38,977 nucleotides of DNA. Origin: Catajapyx aquilonaris (lineage: Eukaryota). Made by a program: the position numbers and the translations under genes. Positions 11,545 to 23,656 of this stretch are shown here, piece after piece (positions within the stretch are counted from its first letter, which is position 1; each line of letters starts with the position of its first letter). The notes under the pieces are model-generated. The model saw only the letters and a program-made list of their open reading frames with translations. It made no database searches and was not told the origin of the DNA. The DNA lies in NCBI GenBank assembly GCA_000934665.2, contig KZ538948.1, positions 1-38,977 of the forward strand, given 5' to 3'.

Positions 11545-13397
11545 GGGTGGGTGGGAGTGACCAGATCTTTCTTTCTATGACCATGGTCGGCACACAGCGA
11601 ATCTGGTAGCGGAACACGGCGGACGAAGACTCCAAAACCGCCAATTCAAATCTAGTAGGCATGGTCCGTTCGTTCCTTTGCACTGCTGTTCGTATCCACG
11701 TTCTCATGATCAGTTTTAATAATAGTAATAATTTTCGCCGCAGTGAGGTAGTGTCGCTACTACTGTTTTATAGGATCGGCAGGTAGCGAGAGGGAGGGGG
11801 GGGGGGGAACTAAAAATCCACGCGATAAGACCTGTGTATAGCACGTATAATTATATACAATCACGCTACTCGACCATGGTTTAACCAGATATTATCCTCA
11901 GATTGGAGAAGCGTAGTTCAAAAGCATTTTATTCAAAATGATCTCTAACATGTTGACTCACAGACACTCTTTAACATGTGCCGCATTTTCGAAACCCCCT
12001 TCTCTATTCTGACAGGCAATGTTTGTGAACCACCCTCCGAAAATGCCATTTGATCCGAATCTCCTGCAATAATAAGGACTTACATAGAGTTGAAGTGGAG
12101 AGTAACAATCGACTTGAAAGGAGAAGAATGATTGGCTGTGGCTGTAATAGAAGCCAACCACCTCCCTCCCNNNNNNNCCCCCCCCCCATCCTACCTAATT
12201 CAGGAGCAGAGCGCTCCATTTGATAACGCGATCTTCTTTTTTCTGGTCGAATGGAAGTCAGAAGTTGGGAGGGAAAATGGGAGAAGAGGAAACTGCGAGT
12301 CCTGATGGATATCCAAACTGCGCTTCTAATCTAATTCCGAGCGTTGGAGTCGTTGTTATTAGAGCAATTATGTGAAGTGGGGAGAGGGAATGGGAACCAC
12401 ACCCGAGTTATCATCGCCTCTCAAAGTTGTCTACTTGTCTGTTTTTACCGGTTGTCTTTGCCGTATGGCTGCTTGTCGTTTGGAACCAGGTGTTTTAAAA
12501 ATATACTAGTGAATTAGCGGAACATTGGAAATAGTCAATAGTCGGCGGGAGGATAGTTAATTCTGCACGATTCTTCCTGTCGATTAGGGCCTACACCCAG
12601 GGCTACTTGTCAAGTTTTAATGATCTCTATTTTATTGACGTTAATTGATCGGTAAACCATAACAAGTGCAGTACCGGTTCATGTATGCATTGTCATACGT
12701 CGCATATGCTATGAATTTGTATCCTTTTCCGACATTAGGTTGGATTAATACAACCGGTTTTTAGTATCAGCCGTTTTTGTGACCCAAATAACTCGCAAAT
12801 AACGCGGTTTTTAGCCGAAGCAGAATAGCATATATTTTTGCTACCTTCCATTTGCTTACGTGGAACTGTAGTGGAAAAATTCTAGCCTTTGCAGCACAGC
12901 ATTGTTGCATCTCCTTTTATACGCCAGGTCATGTGCAGCTGAACTTTTAGTACGCTATACGAGGATTTTGCGACATTTTGCGGGATTCCATCAAATTCCT
13001 CTCGGGAATGCGGATGGCGCATTTCACCAATTAGCGACCTAGTCATTGCCACCAAAATTGGTGGCTGCTTTTCCTGCATTATTAAAACTACGACCGTGTT
13101 TCTAATTCTCTGTTTCGAGCCAAACTTTACAGCTTCGATAGGCCGTACGCAACAAAAAGTTATACCCGTTGCCGTTGTATTGTAAAAAGAGCAGCAGTTC
13201 CACCAATAGACGATAGCTGATAGAGTAGGACTGACTTTTGGTAACATGTCTAGCCTTCAGATGTACTGTAGACCCTATGAGGTGACCCGCTGTAAATGCG
13301 ACGAATCAAAATAAGCCCAACAACATTATTGCAATGATTCATAAGTTGTGAAGGATAATTATGACATACTATACAGGTCCTCCCTTACCACCTTCCC

Positions 13398-13526
13398 CAA
13401 GGGGGTAACCACTCGACTGAAAAGTGTACACTGGAGTACCAAATTCAAGAAGTACCAATGAGTAAGGAGTACCTGGAAGTACCACTGGCAGGTGTACACC
13501 GAAGTACCGAAGTGGTTACCCCCTTG
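13398..13526 (-). mobile_element. hAT/P-like MITE (CAAGGGGGTAACCAC TIR), copy 2
   Basis: CAAGGGGGTAACCACT...AGTGGTTACCCCCTTG, flanked by ACCTTCCC (13390-13397) and ACCTTCTC (13527-13534). The reverse complement aligns along 6549-6716. Confidence 0.85.
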
Positions 13527-16207
13527 ACCTTCTCCCTACTGCTAATTAGTCCCTTCCTGCCACCTCATGTTTTCCCCAACCTTTTCTCTTCATCCGGCCA
13601 AAACCCCGTGTCCTTCTTTCAATCCTACCTATCGCAACTGGACCCCCGGAGTGAGGGACACCATAAATTTCGCTCTCTTTTCTGACTATCCTTTCTCCTG
13701 TACAGACCTCTCTTCCTTCCTTCCTTTCCTACCTTCCTTCCCCTTTTTACTCTGTATTACCTGTACCATATATATTGTGAATTTAGTAGTTATTAGCCAA
13801 CCCTTGCACATTATTCCCCCCTCATTCCCACCGTATTGGTTTAATACATAATAATACAAGTATATGATGTTCACTCTGCACAAATAGGCTATCTGTTTGT
13901 GAAAAGACTGTCAGTTGCATAAATAGGTGCAGAATTTTCAAGCAACGAATACAGTATAACCTACGTAAGCCACATGAACGTGACCACCCCTGATATTGGA
14001 ACCAACAAGCCAGGGGCCCCGAAAATATCCAACTCTATAGCCACTCATAATGTTGACTTATACAGCTGCTTTAGCATCCACCAATTTTTTTCCATTCTGT
14101 CATAGTAATTACATCGCATTTGCCACGGGACTGTTCAGGTTGTGCATTCCATTGAACGAGCCAACTGAGTCCGCTCTGCTCAACTGGGCTCGTCTCACTG
14201 TGGGCCCGTTTTGTCAATATGGAGGTAGACATTCAAATTATGAATTTACCATATATTCTCGGAAAGTACAGATTTTTTCCCCACTGAACTTGTCGGCCTG
14301 TATTAAGCAAATCCCATTGACTGCATGTGACATAAAATGGTAACATCACTACTGTAGGAGCTTGTAGCTTGAACTGTACTAGATATAAAATAATCAACTC
14401 GCGCCTGTAATAATATTTTTAGCAAAAAAAAAAAGGGTAACGTTCTGACCAAAAGATTAATTGGAACATTCCAATTCGAATGGACTGAGAAAATTGCCCC
14501 CGCACGTCTTTCATCTGAGCCAAGATGGCCGACTGTGCCGTAATTTCCAGGGCGGATACTGCTATGAGCAGCTTTCCTTTTTTGGCTGGGATGACCAATA
14601 AGGAAGGAAAAGTTTGGGAATGGCGATGGGCAGAGGAAGCGGGCGCAAGGGTTTAAATCACAATCAGTAAGGCTCGGGAGCCACGATTAATGGCAGAGAG
14701 ATGCTTTTGAGGCGGAGACGTGAGGAGGATTGGATGCCAGGCCCTGCTTCTCAACCTGGATCTAAACTAACACCACTATATACAATTTCACCCACTGCTG
14801 CTCCGGAGATGGGAGGATTTTCATCCCGGACAGTTTATTCACTTTTGGTGGGTTGCTGGGGCTGTTATTTAGCTCTCATGGCACGTTTATTTGTTTCAAC
14901 TTGCGGATCATTTTTATGCTGTGTGCTGCAGGAATTACGCTGCTCTTTCCCTTTTTCCCTGTGTACATGAAAGCAAGTGCGGAAAACCACATGAGCATGT
15001 ACTGTATGTGTACCTCAGAGGTCTTCCGCAATTTTATTTGGGCCAGCATAGGTTCCTAGTTGCTACGTGCAAAAAATATCATTAGGAAATGAATGTACAA
15101 TGTAGCCTACAAAATTATTCAAATGTTGTGCTGAAAAATTAAACGAATTGTGAAAATTATTCAAAATTTTGATGTCCATAAATTATTATGATAGATAAAT
15201 TCCTCAGAATTGTGATATATTCGATTTGTTCCGAAGCGCACAACATTATGCAGAATAATGCAGAAGTTGTAGCGGGCCTGCTGTTTATACTGTATAGTTA
15301 GAATGGTGTAGCTATACTGTACTTTTTCTGACTTCGAAAAGTACGTAGCTGCTCCTATAACCGCCTAAAACAAGTAGCTTCCAGATCCAAATTACCAACA
15401 ATATTATTGACGTTTCGGTTTGAATATATTGCACAATTGCTTCTGAGGCGATAGCGCATTTAGGCCGGCCTACAATTTATTCAATCTCTATCTACGAAGC
15501 CACAGGATTTTAGTTCGCACTAACACTAAGCCAAAAAAGTATTTGCTTCTGCTGCTCCCCCTCCCGACTAATTGACATAGCCTACCTTATATTCTCTATC
15601 ATATAATTTATAATTGGATTGCCTCTCTCGAATTTTCCAATGAAATCCAATTTACTGATACACTGTGCCTTATGGTTAAAACCAACTATTTTTAAACCAT
15701 GGATAAAATTCTTCGAATAGAATTTTCAGATAAGCTTCCCCAAAGCTGTGGCATACATGACGAAAAATTCAGCGTCCACTAAACCTCGTTAGAAATTAGG
15801 CGCGGTAATGGTTCTTGCTTGGGTTCTTAGCTATATAGCTATAGTCTGACAGAGAGCGTACTTACTTGCAACTTGTTAGTACCGTCAGGGAAAGACGGTA
15901 TGAAATGAAACAGTTGGGAGTGAGATGATGCCCGGATACGACCAAGACTTGTAGCCTGTGCAGAGGACGGCGTGCATGACTTATTGACTGGAGGAAACAG
16001 GTGTAAGAGGGAATATACTCGCCTGCTAGAGAAACGTCAACAGAGAAACAATTCAAGGGATGTACCGTCCTGTGTCTTCAAGCTGAACCGCCAAGTACAC
16101 TGCACTGAATGTATAGGATATACGAAATTAATAATTAAAATAATTAAAATCACTGCTAAAACCTTAACGTAGACCAAATCTGAATGCTTTAAAGTTACAT
16201 GAAGTGC

Positions 16208-16356
16208 TGTATCAACAGTGCAAAAAGAACTGTCCCAGTCATCCTGACGTGTGGGCTGGCCGCTCGACACACACCATGTAAGTTACATGGTGTGTGTCGA
16301 GCGGGCAGCACACACATCAGGATGACTGGGACAATTCTTTTGGAACTGATTATACA
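16208..16356. mobile_element. Spacerless palindromic MITE, copy 1
   Basis: Hairpin centred on CACACACCATGTAAGTTACATGGTGTGTG. The ~120-bp core is identical to 37232-37378; the ends are more degenerate. Confidence 0.85.
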
Positions 16357-17962
16357 TATAGGCTGCATGCGGTCACCTTTGCTGGCAGCAATGTTTCGAA
16401 CCAAAAATACTGAGCGTCATCCTGAGAATTCACAAAGTCGGTTTTTGTGACATTTTTCAAGCCGGTGCCACTGTAGGTGGAAGATTAACGCAGTGCACAC
16501 AGTATCATAATTGGTTTCATTTATTCCGGGTAGAACCACATCAAAGGTCTGGCAATTCCACTGTGTACAATGCTCTAAGTCTGCAAGCTTTGTGAAACCT
16601 CAATAAAAATACCTTTGTTAGTTCACAGAATTACGCCATATTTAGACAAGCCAAATTCCTACTTTGTGAATGAAAATGTGGCCTATTTATTGTTGCCACT
16701 ACTATTTCCGACCGTAGCCTTACAGCTACAGTATTCAACATGACAACCACTGCTTTCTATGCGTGTTTATATTTACAATACTAGTCCAGGAATTCTTCAG
16801 CGGATATGTCAGTTGAAATGCCAAAACATGGGCAATTTGCTAAAATTATCATAAAAGCATTCCAAACCCATTTTATTGTTAAACTTAATAGCAAAAAGCA
16901 AATATCATTATATTCCTAATTCTATGACATTTCAAACCTTCAACCTCCAACGCAGCCAATAACTAATAATGGTTATTAGTTTTTGGAACAGCCTATGATT
17001 TTCTCTCAGAATATATTTGTAAACCCCACTCGCCTCAATGCAATACCACAACCCATATTGCAAAAGCCTTCAGGCAAACGTCTTTTTTTATACTCCGCCA
17101 CTTTCATCTCGCCGTTCACATATTCCGTTATCGTCACATATTTACTGCAAATCTTTAATACGCTGCCATCCAATAAGAAGTATGATATCCCTTTGAAATA
17201 GGCCGCACAAATCAATTGGTGGCCCCCAGGGTACATCAAGCTAGGGAAAATCGAATCCTCCTCCATGCAGCTATGTCCTGGAATCATGCCAGGACTTACT
17301 GGGGAGGAAAAGGGGATGAGAGGAAAAGTGTGCAAAAAAAAATGTAGATATACAGACTTGAGGTGCTCTTTTGACGCTAGGATTGTGTGCCAGAATCATT
17401 CACTTTGCATATGGTTTCGCAACGTGTTGGATATACGGGCGTGTATGTGTTTTTTTGGGGCGAGGGGGAAAAAAAAGAGTTATTCGCGGTATATTACGTC
17501 AGGTAAAAAGATTACAGCGTTAATGAGCGACGGGGAGGAGGGCATATAAATTCGACCTAATAGCCACTGCCACAATAGGATTCGCTCTGGGCATAGGCGT
17601 TGCATTTCATGAGTCTATTATAGTTGCGGAAGCTGCAAAGGAGGGCGAAAAAAGGGTGGATCTGATATGCTTTGCCCGTTTATTCACCACTCGTTATGAG
17701 CAAGAAGCGTGTATGTCATTGTGAGTTGAATATGAAAATTTTTCATTTGTAAGACAACTGCACATTATTAGCGCTGGAAATTTTTATAATAATCTGCAAA
17801 AAGGTAGTGAATGTGTCTGTGAAGTGGATATGACTGTCAGGCCATATGCGAGTAAGGTATACCCTGAAGTGGTCCGATCATTACTGCAATTGGTTGCAGG
17901 CAGTTTTATTGAACTGTTAGATATATAACATTTATGGAACTGAAAAACAAGAACTGTTGTGT

Positions 17963-18090
17963 GCGTTTACACTATGGTGTGGAGAGATGCCATAGAAAAC
18001 GTGGCCGAGACGTGTGCTTCCATGGAGACAGGCCGTAAAAGAGCTGCCTGGACCAATTTCAGAACGCGTCTCTCCCCATCGTGTAAAAGC
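17963..18090. mobile_element. Degenerate MITE relic
   Basis: GCGTTTACACTATGGTGTGGAGAGATGC and GCGTCTCTCCCCATCGTGTAAAAGC are imperfect inverted repeats. TSD not clear. Confidence 0.45.
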
Positions 18091-18386
18091 AACTATAAAG
18101 TGCCGATCTCTGTGGTGGTAAAGAAGTGAGAGAGCGGTTTATACAAACTTCGATAAGTCACTTCCGGAAAATATGGAGCTTCATGTTGATGTGTAGAGCG
18201 TGGGGCATATTTGCCACGTATTGAAGAAGATTGTCAGGTAAAAAAGCGTATAGAAAATATCTGGACAGTGCAAAGTTCGCAAAAAAAAAGTTTGAGTTAT
18301 GACATTTTTATAGGCCTACTCTATCAGCGGTGTTTTATGTGACTTATTGTAGGTAGCAGAAAAATCTTCAGTAGAATTCACTGGAA

Positions 18387-18423
<37 letters not shown>

Positions 18424-18437
18424 ATTATTATTATTAT
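18387..18437. repeat. (ATT)n microsatellite
   Basis: About 16 ATT units with one interruption. Confidence 0.95.
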
Positions 18438-19689
18438 GCAACAGAGCTCTCATCGCAAGGTTTGAGAAACAAGCATGTGCATTGCCATTAAAACGAGCGT
18501 ACCATTTCAAAGACGTCATTCAGGCCATCTTCCGAGGACGGGTATATCAAACAAACTAATCTTCCCACACAGGCCTGCATCTAAGCCCTTAAACGAGCCA
18601 TCCGCAAGTGCCTGACATCGAATCCGATCACCCCTATTTACATCACAGACGTCTGAGGGACCGCCTGAAAGAGACAGATGCCAACCTACAAAAAAATGTC
18701 ACAAACGATCCTTTCTACAAGTTCATGAACCCACGGCCCGAGTCTAGCCCGCAGATTCACAGACGACACTAGAAATGTTGGGGCAGCTGTGCAACATGGC
18801 CAGCACTCAGTAATGGGACCAGTTTCACGTGCTCGGTCTCTATCTGCTCTTTCTCTCCAACCCAACCCCCAGTATGAAAATTCCGCTCTGCCTCGATAAT
18901 GTAGAGAGAGATAGGCCATGGATAGCGGCCAAAATCAAGGGAGTGCTCCTTAAGGCTATACTGTATGGCTGGAAAATGGCCCTTTTTTTCCTTCACATCG
19001 CAGTATATTCACTAATAATGGGCAAAGTACCTCGTCGGCTCGTACCTACTGGCGTGATAATCACCATTTTCACTATTATACTTTGCTATTCCTTTTCCAT
19101 TATTCAGGGCAGAGATTACGTGGGTTGTTTTTTTTGGGGGGCGTTTGGGACACCTTTTTTGGAGCAATTTCTCTGACACAATAGGATACTGAAAGCTACT
19201 TCGACCGGGTGTACAAAAAGGTCCCAAGTTTAATGATACCTTTTTCTTGTGGTTAACATGATCAATAAATCCAGTGCTCATGCGGGCTTGTGGGTATAAC
19301 CAGTATAACGTAGCTGCTAAACCGGAAAACCTGGTTTTAGAAACCGGTCGTTAAAGCTCTGGCCTAATCAGGAATCGGGAATGAATCCAGAGAATGGGGG
19401 AATCTGGGCCCGTAAAATGAGTTTTGTCGATTCATCTCCATGTGCATGTAGATGTAATGAATCCCGCTTGATTTGACTAAATGAATATGCAGAGCTGCAT
19501 TCTAACGTTGGTTCGTCTTTAAATGTGCAGCAGTTAAAGTATTTCCACGAGAATATGCGATTCGAGTTTTATATACCAATATGTCCAATTCCGGAGTTAA
19601 TAAAAAAGAAATACGAAAATATACAATATTACACTATAGCAAAGAGTACCGCCTCTTAAACTAAACATGATATTTATGGTAGCAACAAA

Positions 19690-19765
19690 TGACAATAAAC
19701 ATTAATTAATCTAACAACTTTTGACAATAAACATTAATTATTCTAACAACTTTTGACATTAAACA
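19690..19765. repeat. 32-bp tandem duplication (~2.4 copies)
   Basis: Unit TGACAATAAACATTAATTA(A/T)TCTAACAACTTT at 19690 and 19722, partial copy at 19754. Confidence 0.9.
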
Positions 19766-20089
19766 CTCACAATAATCAATACTTTAGTGTAGTGTATACA
19801 CACTCACATGTCAAAGTCCTCCTAAGTCCTATACCACAGTCACTTCCTTGCTTGGTCGGAGAGACTGACTTTCCTAACTAGGTTATCATGTTAAGGAGTG
19901 TAATGCGGTACAGTACTCCTATTTCACTTATCCAAGCTTCCAAGGCATTCTAAGGATTTCACAGTTACGAAGTCTTTGTGACACACTAAAGTTTTACGCG
20001 TAGAATCCCATATCTACAAGTATATTAACACAATACATTTTAAGAGTAATTATCATCACTATTGTAATCTATAAATGACTAAGTGCATA

Positions 20090-20995
20090 GAGGGGAGACC
20101 GGGGTACGATGGCACAGTCAAATGTGAAGAGGTTATTAGGTTCACGGACCTGATGCTTATGTGGTAGGTGCAGATAGACATGCTCCACATTCCGTCCTAT
20201 TTTCAAATGTCGGCGGCATGGTAGTACCAATTTTTTCGGATTTTGACCATTTGAGTAAATTTCCATTTCTCGTTAATTTTTCTCTTTTCTTCCAACTGAA
20301 GTGCTAGATCACCCAGCCCAATAATGCGTTTGCAAGGGAGAATATCTGCCTACAAAATGACAGCATAAATGGCCATTTAATATTTGTCACGCAAGAGTAT
20401 GAGGACTCGAAAGGTAAAAAAATGCATACGGGGCACGATGGGACATTTTGCTTGGGGCACGGTGGCACATGTCCCTACCAACCTTAGCGGACCATGGCGA
20501 CCATGGCGTCTATATGGCAGACCATGGCAGTCTCTACTGCCTCTCCCCTGTCACTTATTAGGCGGGGCCCGTGCACTTTCCCCAGTTGCCGGCTACTTAT
20601 TGCTCCTTATTAGCTGGAGGACACGCTATGTTATCCTGCAGGCAAACTGTTATTAATATATTTGCAACATCTTTGTAATCTCTTGTAACTATATGGATAT
20701 GAATCGATAATGTGTGTGGAAGTGATTTTCATATTATTTCATAAGCCTTACCCTAGCCTTATATTACTGTGCCAACGTGCCCCGGGGACGGGGAATGATT
20801 GGCACACCTGCGGAGACTTTTTAAATAATTTCAAGTGGATAGCATAATTATCTAAAATGCAACCATGCGAAAATATCACATATTCTCAAATGTCTAAAGC
20901 ATTTTTGAGTATAAAACTACAGTGAATAAGTCTTAACTGGCCTCAGAAAAAAATGAAATTTAAAAAGTGTGCCATCTAGCCCCGGTCTCCCCTAC
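20090..20995. mobile_element. Non-autonomous TA-TSD DNA transposon (Tc1/mariner-pogo-like, G(T)AGGGGAGACCGGGG TIR)
   Basis: TA|GAGGGGAGACCGGGGTACGATGGCACA ... TGTGCCATCTAGCCCCGGTCTCCCCTAC|TA. The TIR-like motif GGGGCACG(A/G/T)TGG(C/G)ACA recurs internally at ~20429, 20454, 20768 (inverted) and, more degenerate, 20789. No transposase ORF. Confidence 0.8.
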
Positions 20996-21348
20996 TATAT
21001 GCGTATTTGTGCCCATTTCCGAATTGTTCCCATGTTTGGTTTTATTACAGTACATTATTAGCTCATCACATCACATATAGGCTACTCTATGTATACACAC
21101 ATCTACTGATCATGAAACAAATGGAATTGCACACACGTTCAATATGCACACTTCCAGTTTGACGTGATAATAATTATACAGTCAGTATTATACAGTATAC
21201 AAGTGCTTCAGTGTATTTTTAACAGTTTTCCACCAATTGATCCAGGTAGATCGAACCACTTTCAGGTAATGGCTCTCTCATTTTACAGATAATAATTTTT
21301 TTTCCACTTAGGTATTCAGAAATTCAGAAATCCGACCGGCGCTTATAA

Positions 21349-21462
21349 GTCTGGTTCCACCAACAGCCCTGGAGCTCTCTCTAGTACTCGAGAACTATTC
21401 CCACCATATGCCCAAGTACTTGCCAGAACTCGAACACTTGTTGGAGTTGGTGGAACCGACCC
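21349..21462. mobile_element. Small PIF/Harbinger-type MITE
   Basis: TAA|GTCTGGTTCCACCAAC ... GTTGGTGGAACCGACCC|TTA: 12-bp perfect inverted core, TWA flanks. Confidence 0.6.
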
Positions 21463-21846
21463 TTACTTTATCTGCTAAATCGAACCATGCAGTTATATGA
21501 GCTACCTATATTCATAAGCAAAGTTTCATCCGTTTTCAACGTTACATACAGGGCGGTGTGGATTACAGCATGGTACTAGGTACTGTACAGTACCATAAAT
21601 GCTAATGGCCTTTTCTATCACCTAAATTGAGTGTTTCACCATTCCGGTTTCTTGAAATATTAATAAGTCTCAGAGTGTAGCAAAAAATTCATTTATGAAG
21701 GATAATAATGATAGCTTTGGGCACTTACACAACAATAGAAACTGTAGAAAGGGTCTCAATAATAGAGAATGGTTGTGCAAGAGCTTCATGTGATACAGTG
21801 TTTAATGTACTAAACACTGTTAAGCTGGTGACGTCCTGGATGTCCT

Positions 21847-22107
21847 TTATGGATGTGTGTCAAGGAAGATCCCCGCAGAAAGGATGATGAGGCTCATGAT
21901 GAAAATTAGGGTGGATAGATCGGTTCCGCTGTCCACTCTTTTGACACTGACGGCCTGATGGGTCCTCCGGATGAGGGTGGACAGATTGGCGCCGTTGACA
22001 AACTCTGGGTGCTTACGCCAACCACTATATGAGAGTGTGGGCGGTGGGGGTTGTACTGCTCTGACATGAAGGACAGGGGACAGCTTTCGAAAGAGTGAAG
22101 AACGCAT
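21847..22107 (-). CDS. Candidate small ORF (86 aa; basic N-terminus, C-terminal hydrophobic helix); unconfirmed
   Basis: ATG at 22107 to TAA at 21847 (MRSSLFRKLSPVLHVRAV...LIFIMSLIILSAGIFLDTHP). GC-richer than its flanks. A 66-bp-period internal repeat has 4 synonymous third-position differences. ATTAAA lies ~40 nt downstream (21801-21806). No homolog recognised. Confidence 0.25.
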   Translation of the reverse strand: MRSSLFRKLSPVLHVRAVQPPPPTLSYSGWRKHPEFVNGANLSTLIRRTHQAVSVKRVDSGTDLSTLIFIMSLIILSAGIFLDTHP

Positions 22108-22262
22108 GATAAGCTCCACAATATACCTACCTACGTTGCGGCATATCCTTGAACAAAACTTGCTTTCCTACGTAACGTATACTGTATAGTATAATAATAA
22201 TAATATCATTCGAGGTAGGTATGACATATGTAACTTATGTATGTTAAAAGTGCATATTATAT

Positions 22263-22343
22263 AGGGTTGGATTTATCCGTAGGTTTCATTTATCCTCGAG
22301 GGGACTTGGAACCAATTACCGCGGATTACCGGGGGGCTGACTG
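22263..22343 (-). mobile_element. Solo terminus of a pogo/Tigger-type element
   Basis: The minus strand reads TA|CAGTCAGCCCCCCGGTAATCCGCGGTAATTGGTTCCAAGTCCCTCGAGGATA, resembling Tigger/MER2-type ends (CAGTC..CCC..TATCCG..ATTGGTTCCA). The partner end was not found. Confidence 0.55.
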
Positions 22344-22681
22344 TATATTCAAGGAAACAATCATTGCAACAGCGGATTTCTGCATGGATTCCCTCAGGTA
22401 ATTGGATCATAGACCAAGTAGTAGTCACTTATTCAGGCACATGTTATAGTCTTTTTAAGGACTTGTAAAAATTATTCGACAAATATATTCTAATGCTATC
22501 ATGAGACCCACTTCAGAATTCACATTCGATTAATTTGACCGTGATAAAGACATTATTGAGTATCCTATAAATGTTATACGAGGTAAATGTAAACGAATAA
22601 GATTAATGACTTTTAGTTATTCGTAAAAATAGTGCTTGCAAAAAATTTAGAGTTCCTTTATATACCGCCATTGATGAAAAT

Positions 22682-23026
22682 CAACGAGATAGAATAGGGT
22701 AGAGGCCGTAAAGGTCGGACATCTTTGAAGCAAAATGGCGGTCATCGGGCGGCCATGCCACTTCACGGCAAGAACTTTGAAATTGTAGTATCGCTAACCC
22801 TGTTCTCCTCTCCTGCCTCCTGGCGGGACTAGGAAGAAAAGGCAGTCTGGTGATTGCACCAGACTTGACTTTTCTTCCTACCCCCGCCAGGAGGCAGGAG
22901 TGTAGATAGAGGAGAACAGTGTTAGAAATACGGCAATTTCAAATGAGCGCATGTTCTTGCCGTGAAGTGGCATGGACGCCAAAGATCACGTGACCTTTAC
23001 GGCCTCTACCCTATTCTATCTCGTTG
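22682..23026. mobile_element. Foldback MITE, hAT/P-like (CAACGAGATAGAATAG TIR)
   Basis: Perfect 35-bp TIR CAACGAGATAGAATAGGGTAGAGGCCGTAAAGGTC; the arms continue imperfectly to the centre (TCTGGTGATTGCACCAGA). Flanks ATGAAAAT (22674-22681) and GTGAAAAT (23027-23034). Confidence 0.9.
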
Positions 23027-23656
23027 GTGAAAATGCAGGTTAAAAAGGTTTCACGTTTTTCTGTTACTGACCTCGGGAAAATGGGATTTCCAGGTGGGGT
23101 TCCCCCCCACCCAGGAAAATCCGTTTTTCAAGCCATTACCACACAAGGCCGAATAATGGCTAAAAGGTAGGGGGTTGTGGTGGTCTGCAAAGTAGGCCCC
23201 AGATATAATTCAAACTCCAATATATGCACACACAGCACCTTTACAATATTGTTCCACAAAATATACCAGTAGTACTACAGCCGACTACAGCCCTACACAA
23301 ATCGTATAGAGGCCATAAATGGCAACATGCACTTGGAGAAATCAGGAATGTGCAGCTTGAATAGGTATCAGCGGTGGAACCCATCAAGTGTGGACGTAGA
23401 TGAGTATTAATGATTGCTTTGGCATGTACTTATCGGAATTTGATTGAGCCCTGACATAATGAGGCCGTCTATCTGCTGTACTACAGCCCTAATCGGTCCT
23501 TGAATACCCCGTTTCCAAGTGTTTTCAGATACCTGATGCTATACCCATTTTCGAAGAAAACTCAATTTGACAACAAGTGGACTTGTTGGAGTTGAAGAAA
23601 AAAAAAAACACTTTCTTCAATTATATTTCTCCTTCAACTTGGCGCTTTTTGTGCGA

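Noticed and set aside
11237..11560. Two near-identical ORFs on opposite strands
   Set aside because: Direct consequence of the palindrome; no recognisable domain. The same applies to the ORF pairs at 895-1240 and 16195-16450.
22175..22196. miR-iab-4-like ACGTATACTG, and other seed-like matches (e.g. GACTAGATCC near 33750)
   Set aside because: Only ~10 nt match and no precursor hairpin.
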